In this document: piece after piece, positions 1 through 10,852 of the stretch
How the letters are laid out: every line of letters begins with the position of its first letter
Position numbering within the stretch: the first letter of the stretch is position 1
NCBI GenBank assembly: GCA_040954595.2
Contig: CM082590.2
Span: forward strand, 7,192,001-7,256,000
Length of the DNA stretch: 64,000 bases
Source of the DNA: Balanoglossus misakiensis
Lineage: Eukaryota > Animalia > Hemichordata
Reading direction: 5' to 3'
Notes under the pieces: generated by a model
The model's database searches: none
Told to the model about the DNA's origin: nothing
What the model saw: the letters and a program-made list of their open reading frames with translations, nothing else
Translations under genes and position numbers: made by a program

Positions 1-2752
1 CCAAAATCACCAAAGGTCGTAAAATCACGAATTTTTCAGCTTTCACCATTTTCATGAGCTATAACCCATGAAAATCGTCAAAAAATGCCAAAATCACCAA
101 AGTTCGTAAAATCACGAATTTTTCACTTTTCACCATTTTCATGAGCTATAACCCATGAAAATCGTCAAACGATGCCAAAATCACCAAAGTTCGTAAAATC
201 ACGAATTTTTCACTTTTCACCATTTTCATGAGCTATAACCCATGAAAATCGTCAAAAAGTGCCAAAATCACCAAAGTTCGTAAAATCACGAATTTTTCAG
301 CTTTCACCATTTTCATGAGCTATAACCCATGAAAATCGTCAAAAAGTGCCAAAATCACCAAAGTTCGTAAAATCACGAATTTTTCAGTTTTCACCATTTT
401 CATGAGCTATAACCCATGAAAATCGTCAAAAAGTGCCAAAATCACCAAAGTTCGTAAAATCACGAAATTTTCAGCTATCACCATTTTCATGAGCTATAAC
501 CCATGAAAATCGTCCAAAAGTGCCAAAATCACCAAAGTTCGTAAAATCACGAATTTTTCAGTTTTCACCATTTTCATGAGCTATAACCCATGAAAATCGT
601 CAAAAAGTGCCAAAATCACCAAAGTTCGTAAAATCACGAATTTTTCAGTTTTCACCATTTTCATGAGCTATAACCCATGAAAATCGTCAAAAAGTGCCAA
701 AATCACCAAAGTTCGTAAAATCACGAATTTTTCAGCTATCACCATTTTCATGAGCTATAACCCATGAAAATCGTCAAAAAGTGCCAAAATCACCAAAAGT
801 CGTAAAATCACGAATTTTTCACTTTTCACCATTTTCATGAGCTATAACCAATGAAAATCGTCAAAAAATGCCAAAATCACCAAAGTTCGTAAAATCACGA
901 ATTTTTCAGCTTTCACAATTTTCATGAGCTATAACCCATGAAAATCGTCAAAAAATGCCAAAATCACCAAAGTTCGTAAAATCACGAATTTTTCACTTTT
1001 CACCATTTTCATGAGCTATAACCCATGAAAATCGTCAAAAAGTGCCAAAATCACCAAAGTTCGTAAAATCACGAATTTTTCAGTTTTCACCATTTTCATG
1101 AGCTATAACCCATGAAAATCGTCAAAAAGTGCCAAAATCACCAAAGTTCGTAAAATCACGAATTTTTCAGCTTTCACAATTTTCATGAGCTATAACCAAT
1201 GAAAATCGTCAAAAAATGCCGAAATCACCAAAGTTCGTGAAAATGGTGAAAGCTGAAAAATTCTTGATTTCACGAAATTTGGTGATTTCGGCAGTTTTTG
1301 ACGATTTTCATGGGTTATAGCTCATGAAAATGGTGAAAGCTGAAAAATTCGTGATTTTAGGAACTTTGGTGATTTCGGCATTTTTTGACGATTTTCATGG
1401 GTTATAGCTCATGAAAATTGTGAAAACTTAAAAATTCGGGATTTTATGAACTTTGGTGATTTCGGCATTTTTTGACGATTTTCATGGGTTATAGCTCATG
1501 AAAATGGTGAAAGCTGAAAAATTCTTGATTTTACGAAATTTGGTGATTTCGGTATTATTTGACGATTTTCATGGGTTATAGCTCATGAAAATGGTGGAAA
1601 CTGAAAAATTCGTGATTTTACGAACTTTGGTGATTTCGGCAGTTTTTGACGACTTTCATGGGTTATAGCTCATGAAAATGGTGAAAGCTGAAAAATTCGT
1701 GATTTTACGAACTTTGGTGATTTTGGCATTTTTTGACGATTTTCATGGGTTATAGCTCATGAAAATGGTGATAGCTGAAAAATTCGTGATTTTACGAACT
1801 TTGATGATTTCGGCTTTTTTTGACGATTTTCATGGGTTATAGCTCATGAAAATGATGAAAACTGAAAAATTCGTGATTTTAGGAACTTTGGTGATTTCGG
1901 CATTTTTGAGGATTTTCATGGGTTATAGCTCATGAAAATGGTGAAAGCTGAAAAATTCGTGATTTTAGGAACTTTGGTGATTTCGGCATTTTTTGACGAT
2001 TTTCATGGGTTATATAGCTCATGAAAATGGTGAAAGCTGAAAAATTCGTGATTTTACGAACTTTGGTGATTTTGGCACTTTTTGACGATTTTCATGGGTT
2101 ATAGCTCATGAAAATGGTGAAAGCTGAAAAATTCGTGATTTTACGAAATTTGGTGATTTCGGCACTTTTTGACGATTTTCATGGGTTATAGCTCATGAAA
2201 ATGGTGAAAACTGAAAAATTCGTGATTTTACGAAATTTGGTGATTTTGGCACTTTTTGACGATTTTCATGGGTTATTGCTCATGAAAATGGTGAAAGCTG
2301 AAAAATTCGTGATTTTACGAGCTTTGGTGATTTTGGCATTTTTTGACGATTTTCATGGGTTATAGCTCATGAAAATGGTGAAAGCTGAAAAATTCTTGAT
2401 TTTACGAAATTTGGTGATTTCGGCATTTTTTGACGATTTTCATGTTTTATAGCTCATGAAAATGGTGAAAGCTGAAAAATTCGTGACTTTACGAACTTTG
2501 GTGATTTCGGCATTTTTTGACGATTTTCATGGGTTATAGCTCATGAAAATGGTGAAAGCTGAAAAATTTCGGACTTTACGAACTTTGGTGATTTCGGCAT
2601 TTTTTGACGATTTTCATGGGTTATAGCTCATGAAAATGGTGAAAACTGAAAAATTCGTGATTTTACGAACTTTGGTGATTTCGACATTTTTCGACGATTT
2701 TCATGGGTTATAGCTCATGAAAATGGTGAAAGCTGAAAAATTCGTGATTTCG
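1..2752. repeat. 87-bp tandem satellite array with an internal orientation switch at ~1238
   Basis: The unit ccaaaatcaccaaagttcgtaaaatcacgaatttttcagctttcaccattttcatgagctataacccatgaaaatcgtcaaaaaatg starts at 1, 88, 175 and so on. From ~1239 to ~2752 the same unit runs as its reverse complement. Confidence 0.97.
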
Positions 2753-2807
2753 GCAAATCTGTCTTTTTTACAATTTATTGTATATCAATGTTCCATTTAG
2801 AATTTTT

Positions 2808-5800
2808 TTAGATGGGCATGAAATCAAACTGCGGAACTTCGATGATCTTCATGGGATCGGTATGCATCACTACACACACCATACCATTCATCTCCTCTTT
2901 AGACCATGAGCCAGTAGGGGTTTACCTCCCCCCCCCCCCCGGGGGAATTTTTGAGACAATGTTTTTCTGAAAGCCTATCATATACTGAGTAAAATTCACT
3001 TTGTTTGCCATCTGGGCACCGGGGCGTTTTCGAGTTATTGGCTTCTAAATTATATTGGGTAACGTATGTAGAAAAGCCTAAAAGTGCATATAAATTGACG
3101 TAGGGGGGTAAATTAGTCTTGTAAAATACTGTCTCTCTGAATGTATACCTAGAACAACAGGGAAGTATTTGGTATCAAAAGAAAGCTTAATAAACAAGCT
3201 TTCCATTAATTACAAAATTAAAGTGATATGACAAATCATGACATCATAGTGACGTCATAAGTCAAAATACCCTTACGAAAATGGTGTTCTGTTCACCTAT
3301 AATTTGTATAAATGTGAGGTTTTGCAAAACACGTCTCTGAGCAATTGTACTGATGAAAACTGTGATGTGTTTGGTATCAACAGAAAGCTGATTGAGTAAA
3401 GTATCTAATTATTGCAAAATATTGATATAATAATCAATTACGTCATCATTACGTCATACTTCCAAGTACCCTTACCAATTAGTGACTATGATGACAAGTT
3501 ATTACCCTAGGAGATAGGTGCCTTTAAATAAAAAAATTGGTAAGGAAGGTTTGTGAAGTCCATTCTATGTAAAAAATGGTGCTGATTCCAAAAAAGGCAG
3601 TCTTATTGACCCCACCCAAGACAAAATTGCCATTTTGGCACTTTTTAACCCAAAAAAGGTCATTTTTAGAAAACACTAAAAACACACTGTTTTCATCACA
3701 TTCGAAGATCTGATGACATATGATATGCCTATTCTATGTAAAATTTGGTTGATATTACGAAAAAAGCAGTCTGACTGACCCCAAACGAGACAGAATTGCC
3801 TTTTTGACCATTTTTTGCCCAAAAACGTCATTTTTAGACAAAACTTAAAACACACTCTTCTCTTCATATTGATTGATTTGATGATATATGGAAAGTCAAT
3901 TCTATGTGTAAATTGGTGAATATAAAACATAAAGCAGTCTTTTTGACCCCAATCAATACAAAAATGCCATTTTTGGCCACATTTTTGAGGTCAAATAAGG
4001 TCATTTTTACAAAAAAACTAAAAACAAACTGTTTTCTTCATATTCAGACATCATGTGATATAATATAATTTCTGATTTTGTATTCAGAACGAAGAGGATA
4101 AATGTTAACAATCTATCCGGAGCTGGTATAGATGTACTTAAAAAAATTATACCATGTATAACCGACTTATAGTATACAGTGTGAATACATGGATCGTCTC
4201 GTTTTATTGTTGAGTTCCATTTTAGGCTTAATGTGCCTTTCAATATCATCAATTCAACTGATATCATATGGTATGACATTTTAAATATGCAAATATAACA
4301 TCAAAACTCAAAAGGCAAAAAACACCAATTATTTTGTTTTCTGAAAAAGACAATTGTTGACTAGAAGATGGCTTAGTGGCAATTTTGTATTGAGTGGGGT
4401 CTTAATAAGACTGTTGTGTTGGTATCAGCATATTTTTTGCAAAAAATGGACTTTCCATTCATAATCAAACATTTAAATACGAAGAAAACAGCTTGTTTTC
4501 ATTTTTTCTTGAAATGACCTTTTCGACCAAAAATGGCCAAAATGACAATTTTGTAGGGCTGAAAAGAATTTTTTTTTTGGAATTGGCTCCCATTCAACAA
4601 AAATGGACCTTCTCCGTACATCATAAGATCTGAAAATAAAGAAAGAAGTTTTCAAACAGTTACCTTTTTTAAGCAAAGTGGCCAAAATGGCATTTTTTCC
4701 CTCTGTGGAGTCAGTAAGAGTGCTTTTTTGGAAAAATCGCTACTTTTAAGATAGAATGGACTTTTATTTATTATTAGATCACCAAAGGGAAACAAATAGC
4801 ATGTTTTTAGTATTTTCTAAAAATGACCCTTTTTGGGCAAAAAGTATTTTCATCTTCATTGAGATCAATAAGATTGCTTTTTCTAGAGTCAACAGCAATT
4901 TTTCAATAAATGGACTTTTCATACATGATCAAATTTCCAAATATAAAGAAAAACGTTTGCTTATTTCTTAAAATGGCCTTTTTGGGCAAAAACTTGCAAA
5001 AATACGCACTTTAATCTTGAGTGGCGCCAATAAACCTACTTTTTTGAATACCTACCAAATTTTACACAAGGTGGGTATACAATACATTATCAGATCTCCG
5101 AAAGTGAAGAAAATATATAAGTTTTGAGTGTTTTCTAAAAATGACATTTTTGGGGCAAAAAGTGGCAAAAATGGCACATTTGCCTTGAGTGGGGGTTAAT
5201 AAGGCTGCTATTTCTGGAATCAGAACTATTTTACACAGCATAAACTTTTCATATATCACATGATCTCTGAATATGAAGAAAACAGTTTGTTTTTAGTTTT
5301 TCTGTAAAAATGACCTTTTTTGACCTCAAAAATATGGCCAAAAATGGCATTTTTGTATTGATTGGGGTCAAAAAGACTGCTTTATGTTTTATAGTCACCA
5401 TTTTACGCATAGAATTGACTTTCCATATATCATCAAATCAATCAATATGAAGAGAAGAGTGTGTTTTAAGTTTTGTCTAAAAATGACGTTTTTGGGCAAA
5501 AAATGGTCAAAAAGGCAATTTTGTCTCGTTTGGGGTCAGTCAGACTGCTTTTTTCGTAATATCAACCAAACTTTACATAGAATAGGCATATCATATGTCA
5601 TCAGATCTTCGAATGTGACGAAAACAGTTTGTTTTTGTTGTTTTCTAAAAATGACCTTTTTTGGGTTAAAAAGTGCCAAAACGGCAATTTTGTCTTAGGT
5701 GGGGTCAGTCAGACTGCTTTTTTCGTAATATCAACCAAACTTTACATAGAATAGGCATATCATATGTCATCAGATCTTCGAATGTGACGAAAACAGTGTG

Positions 5801-8800
5801 TTTTTAGTGTTTTCTAAAAATGACCTTTTTTGGGTTAAAAAGTGCCAAAATGGCAATTTTGTCTTGGGTGGGGTCAATAAGACTGCCTTTTTTGGAATCA
5901 GCACCATTTTTTACATAGAATGGACTTCACAAACCTTCCTTACCAATTGTTTTATTTAAAGGCACCTATCTCCTAGGGTAATAACTTGTCATCATAGTCA
6001 CTAATTGGTAAGGGTACTTGGAAGTATGACGTAATGATGACGTAATTGATTATTATATCAATATTTTGCAATAATTAGATACTTTACTCAATCAGCTTTC
6101 TGTTGATACCAAACACATCACAGTTTTCATCAGTACAATTGCTCAGAGACGTGTTTTGCAAAACCTCACATTTATACAAATTATAGGTGAACAGAACACC
6201 ATTTTCGTAAGGGTATTTTGACTTATGACGTCACTATGATGTCATGATTTGTCATATCACTTTAATTTTGTAATTAATGGAAAGCTTGTTTGTTAAGCTT
6301 TCTTTTGATACCAAATACTTCCCTGTTGTTCTAGGTATACATTCAGAGAGACAGTATTTTACAAGACTAATTTACCCCCCTACGTCAATTTATATGCACT
6401 TTTAGGCTTTTCTACATACGTTACCCAATATAATTTAGAAGCCAATAACTCGAAAACGCCCCGGTGCCCAGATGGCAAACAAAGTGAATTTTACTCAGTA
6501 TATGATAGGCTTTCAGAAAAACATTGTCTCAAAAATTCCCCCGGGGGGGGGGGGGGAGGTAAACCCCTACTGGCTCATGGTCTACTTGGTTCGAAATCAA
6601 TTTCATGACAGTGTCTGTGATATAGGTCATCCTAGAACATAAAAGAAAGACACCATAAGATGTTATAGACAACACAGGACACCCATCTTCCCTGGGAGCG
6701 CTACCAACGTGCACAGTGTTCACATTATAATTTTCACGTGGCGCCATTCAAATTAATTCATCCACAAACAGAAAGTGCTCATCCCACGCTAAAAGGTGTT
6801 AAATGTCAGTTAAAGTAGCCTGTTAGGTTTTAATATTCTTTACAATATTCTAGGTCGAAGTAATACTTCAACCCAGTGGAAAGTTCTTTCTATGAATGTT
6901 GTTTCTAAGTCACTAATTTTGCTTTCACCCGTTATTGTTGTTGTTGTTGTTGTTGTTGATTTTCCCTCATTATAGTCACCAACATTACATAATGTTTAAA
7001 CCTCCACTTCTAGTGAAAATAACTGAACACTGAGGTACTTACGGTGTAAAAAGCACAGTATTATTCATAGCATTGAAGTCGTCCATATAACGACAGTAAA
7101 CTTTATTTTGTATAGGTGTATCGATTCTGGCGGGACATATAGCAGCTACGTTGATTTTATTTTCACGAAATCTTTGTTCACCCTAAGGTCATAAACATGA
7201 AAACACACATTAATTATAAAAAGAATGTCTGTCTGTCTGTCTGTCTGTCTGTGTATGTATGTATGTATGTATGTATGTATGTATTCGTCCACACTCGCTG
7301 ATTAAGTCAATATACACATTTTCCTTGATTGTCGTATGCAAAATGTCCAATTTGAGCAAGTGAAAACCTACGGCAACACTTCGAGTATGCGCAAGGATTC
7401 CAGTCTTCGTAACAGCATATATTGGAATGAGAGGCGATGGGATTAAACCTAAAAGAAGGAAAGTGCAAAGATATAAAGCACCCTTGTCTACAAGTGTACT
7501 GCTTTATTTGTATTCTCAAAATACAGGCTATCACACCCAAGGCACTTAAACCTATAAACAGTATACTCTGGTAGCCTGTTGGTTAGACTCTCTCACAGCC
7601 CACGGTTCACTACAACAAGGCTCTTCACTGACGCGCCCTCAACCGTTTGGCAAGGGAGAAACACCGTTTGGTGTTGTGTAGCGAATCTCTCGCCGGGCAC
7701 ACATGCAATCAGACCATAAGCCTGCATGGACGGCGAGAGGGGCTGTGAGAGAGTCTACCTGTTGGTGTGATTGAAAGATATTTTGTTATAAGTTTGCAAT
7801 TGGTTTCATTCAAATTATCGACTTACCCCAACATGAGGCTGTATTGATGATCATTCCGCCATTTCCACCATTTTGTATTCCCATGAAATCCATTGCCAGC
7901 TCTGTACCAGACACAACGGCGCCCTAGTTGTAAGACAATGTAGCAAAATGCATGTTTATAATAGGTAACAGAAGGGCATACAACACACCACTGTTGGCTA
8001 TATACTAATAAGCATGAATACTAATGAGCATGAATATTAATGAGTAACCAGCACTCAAGTCAAGCTGGCTGGAACCCTGCATTACCATATTTGGCAATGC
8101 CGTTGGTGTGGTCGTCACCATGAGCATTCAAAAATAACCATGTAATATGGCTGGCACCAGTTGCACATACCAGATTGACGGCCATTGTTCTCTGCCAGTT
8201 GAATTCATCCATTATAGCGGCGTTGTTGAACAGCAGATCAATACTTCCATATTTAGTCTTTGTCTGCTGAAAAGCATCTGCAAGATTACTAGTTGTTATA
8301 ATCGTGTACTACTACTTCAAGATGATTCTGTTGAAATTGTCATTTTTCTCTTATTTTGTTCTTGGGCCTGGTAATTAGCTGACCTTGAATGATATTTATT
8401 ATTGGACCTGATTTGATGTCTTGTTCATGCATTTGTTGGCAAATGAATTCTTGTTCAGCCTAGAATACAAATTCTGCACAGTAACAATGCTGACTAAATA
8501 CACATAGGTTGTGCTAATAAACTGTCATCTTTTTCAGGGATTTGAACAGTAGATACACACACAAAACATACTGAAATAAGAGCGAAAAGTTACAGCTAAT
8601 GGAGCTTATACTGACCAAAACTTCACAACATATTACTGACCTTTCAGTTCAACATCTGAAGACACGTCGCATTGGATATAGAGAACCTTTTCTTCGCCAT
8701 ACTTTCCAACAAACTTCTTGTAACTGTCGCTTTTGGATTTGTCAGCAATGTCTACGAGTGCAACTCCCTTCAGATTGAACAGACGGGAAGGCAAATATCA

Positions 8801-9501
8801 AAACGAATTACATATTACTGATTTTAAGCAAACATTTAGGACAAGGGCAATGGGGTGACTAATACCGTTACTCCACCAAGGGCAATGCGGTGACTAAAAC
8901 CGTTACTCGGCCAAGGCAATGGGGTGACCAATACCATTACACAAACATATCAACAAATCGTAATTGCAAACAAACACTACGGAGGCAGAATTCATTGGAA
9001 CACTGTATTTCAGGTGTGTAGCTGGGAGGCGATATGGTATGGTGCCCCTTAACTCGTTGTTGCCATATATAGGATATTTGCAATGATCAACTATCTGGCT
9101 GGTTTCCGCCGTATTTTCGGCGCATTTCTCTAGAATTTGGGTTTTTATTTAACCCCTGAATACCCAAAGTGATTGTTTTAGGTCGTTTACTTGATGAAAT
9201 GGCTCGTTTCAGCCGGTTTATGGTCGTTTGGCCCGTTTGGGTCGTTTCAACATTTATCATATGCCAATATATATTTAGAATTGTTCTTTGTTGTGGGCGT
9301 TCCCAGGCCGCACAGTCACCGGTCTACATGTACTCCACTATGAACGATTATAACTCGGTTTCTTATGGGTTATTCATCTGAGATGTACCCTCAAAATTGT
9401 AAAGGTTTGCTTACCTTTGCCCCCTCTTCCAACAGCTTTTCGGCGATAGCACTTCCAATACCGCTGGCACCACCTGTTACAATCGCTGTCTTTGCCGCCA
9501 T
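2808..9501 (-). CDS. HPGD: 15-hydroxyprostaglandin dehydrogenase-like NAD-dependent short-chain dehydrogenase/reductase; last exon interrupted by a transposon
   Basis: Minus-strand exons with GT-AG ends: 9501-9415, 8767-8641, 8277-8171, 7923-7827, 7448-7372, 7182-7043, and 6631-6585 joined to 2896-2808. Motifs: TGGASGIG, VDI, CDVS, NNAA, INTAS, YAVTK, ICPA. Removing the insertion restores ~256 aa ending ...MKLISNQEEMNGMVCVVMHTDPMKIIEVPQFDFMPI*. An AATAAA lies ~30 nt past the stop. Orthology to HPGD is family-level only. Confidence 0.85.
2900..6584. mobile_element. Non-autonomous foldback DNA transposon, Academ-like (TAG...CTA termini, 3-bp TSD)
   Basis: Termini are tagaccatgagccagtagggg... 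and ...cccctactggctcatggtcta. Inverted arms span ~2900-4060 and ~5250-6584. CTT is duplicated at 2897-2899 and 6585-6587. The interior is made of diverged ~178-bp subrepeats with no transposase ORF. Confidence 0.88.
7584..7757. mobile_element. 174-bp MITE, AcademH-like (TAG termini, 9-bp TSD), in an HPGD-like intron
   Basis: TIRs tagactctctcacagccc / gggctgtgagagagtcta; TSD cctgttggt at 7575-7583 and 7758-7766. A related copy starts at 47388. Confidence 0.85.
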
Positions 9502-10852
9502 TACTCTGTGGCCTGTTGAGATGGGGTTATGATATGAACGTTATTGCAGGCAGGAATGAGGTCAAAACAGTCAACGTGACATGGCTCCAGGTTGCCTGCT
9601 AGGCAACTTGATGCCATTGTAGGCAAATCATTGAAAACTTGCCATTGACTTATCGCCATGATTAACACGGAGGTCAGAAAAAGGTCACGTCTCGGTCAAC
9701 ATATTTTAGAACTGATTTATTTTGGGGGCGAGTTGTTGTTTTGTCTGAATCGGGGCTCATGTTGATTTGTGTTGCAGATAATACTGGTCCCCAGGCTGAT
9801 AAGCATAACGCGTACGTGAGTTGGCAAGTCATGCGAGTGTTTTATGTAAATCAATTTTACAAACAGCCAACCAGTGTTGCTCAGACGGCTCGACGTCACA
9901 GATAGACATGCAAATTTTCTGCGTTTAACTTGTGTTACCTATAAGTTATGACCCATTTACAGTGGTCAACTGCAAAGACCAATAGACAGTGTTGACTCCC
10001 CATCGAAATATCTCAACTCAACACTTGAGTTTAACCTGTAACCTGCATCGAAGGTAGGACATTGACATTGTTTCAGTGTTTGCAAGGTGTCTGTTCGCGA
10101 CGACACGTTTAACCAACGAGGCGTAGTATCACATGACGATCTGAGTTTCTCAGGTTCTGGAGGTTGAGGCTTAAACGCAATGTTTTTTTTGTGTGACCAT
10201 GAGAAGACCATTCAAGGCACTTCATTGAAAATACCAACTGCAGCAGAGTAACACATACAATCAGTCAATGACTACGCATAGTACGACAGTACTTGAAGGT
10301 CTGGAGTTGTTTGCTCTCACGAATTGAGGTCAGCCAGTCCTGCAAAAGGTCACCCCAGGGGTGCGCTGCTATAGTTTGACCTTCCACACACTACTTATTT
10401 GCAAAACATAACCCTACCCAGGGATAGTAAATTTTGATATAGGTACAGTAACTTCACATATCATGGACAATTTACACCTAATTACATAATTCTTTCCAAC
10501 TTGACAATATTGCTAAAGACTTTTTCACCTAGGCCTATATTAACATACAGAGACAACTGGTCAACAATACTTGTCTACATACACCTGCTTAGGGAGACCC
10601 TGGCAACCAATACATGTTATGTCAAAGCAACGATGAAATGTGAAAAAAAAACGACAACATTGATTGCAATGATGTAAATAATAGCAGTTTAAGTTTTGAA
10701 CTTACTTTGACTTAAATTGCTAGACCAATGCCCGCAGTCGCAGATGGGGCGACAATAACTCTTTAACTATACCGACGAATAACGAATTGATTCATTTTTA
10801 TTAATTTTCAGAAAGTTGACCAGTAGTAAGCAATACCTCATCAAAGCAAGAA

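Noticed and set aside
1-2752. CRISPR-like array
   Set aside because: Units are contiguous with no unique spacers, there are no cas genes, and the context is eukaryotic.
3676-5698. Pair of near-identical short ORFs (3676-3930 on -, 5384-5698 on +)
   Set aside because: They are mirror images from the inverted arms of the foldback element and show no protein motifs.
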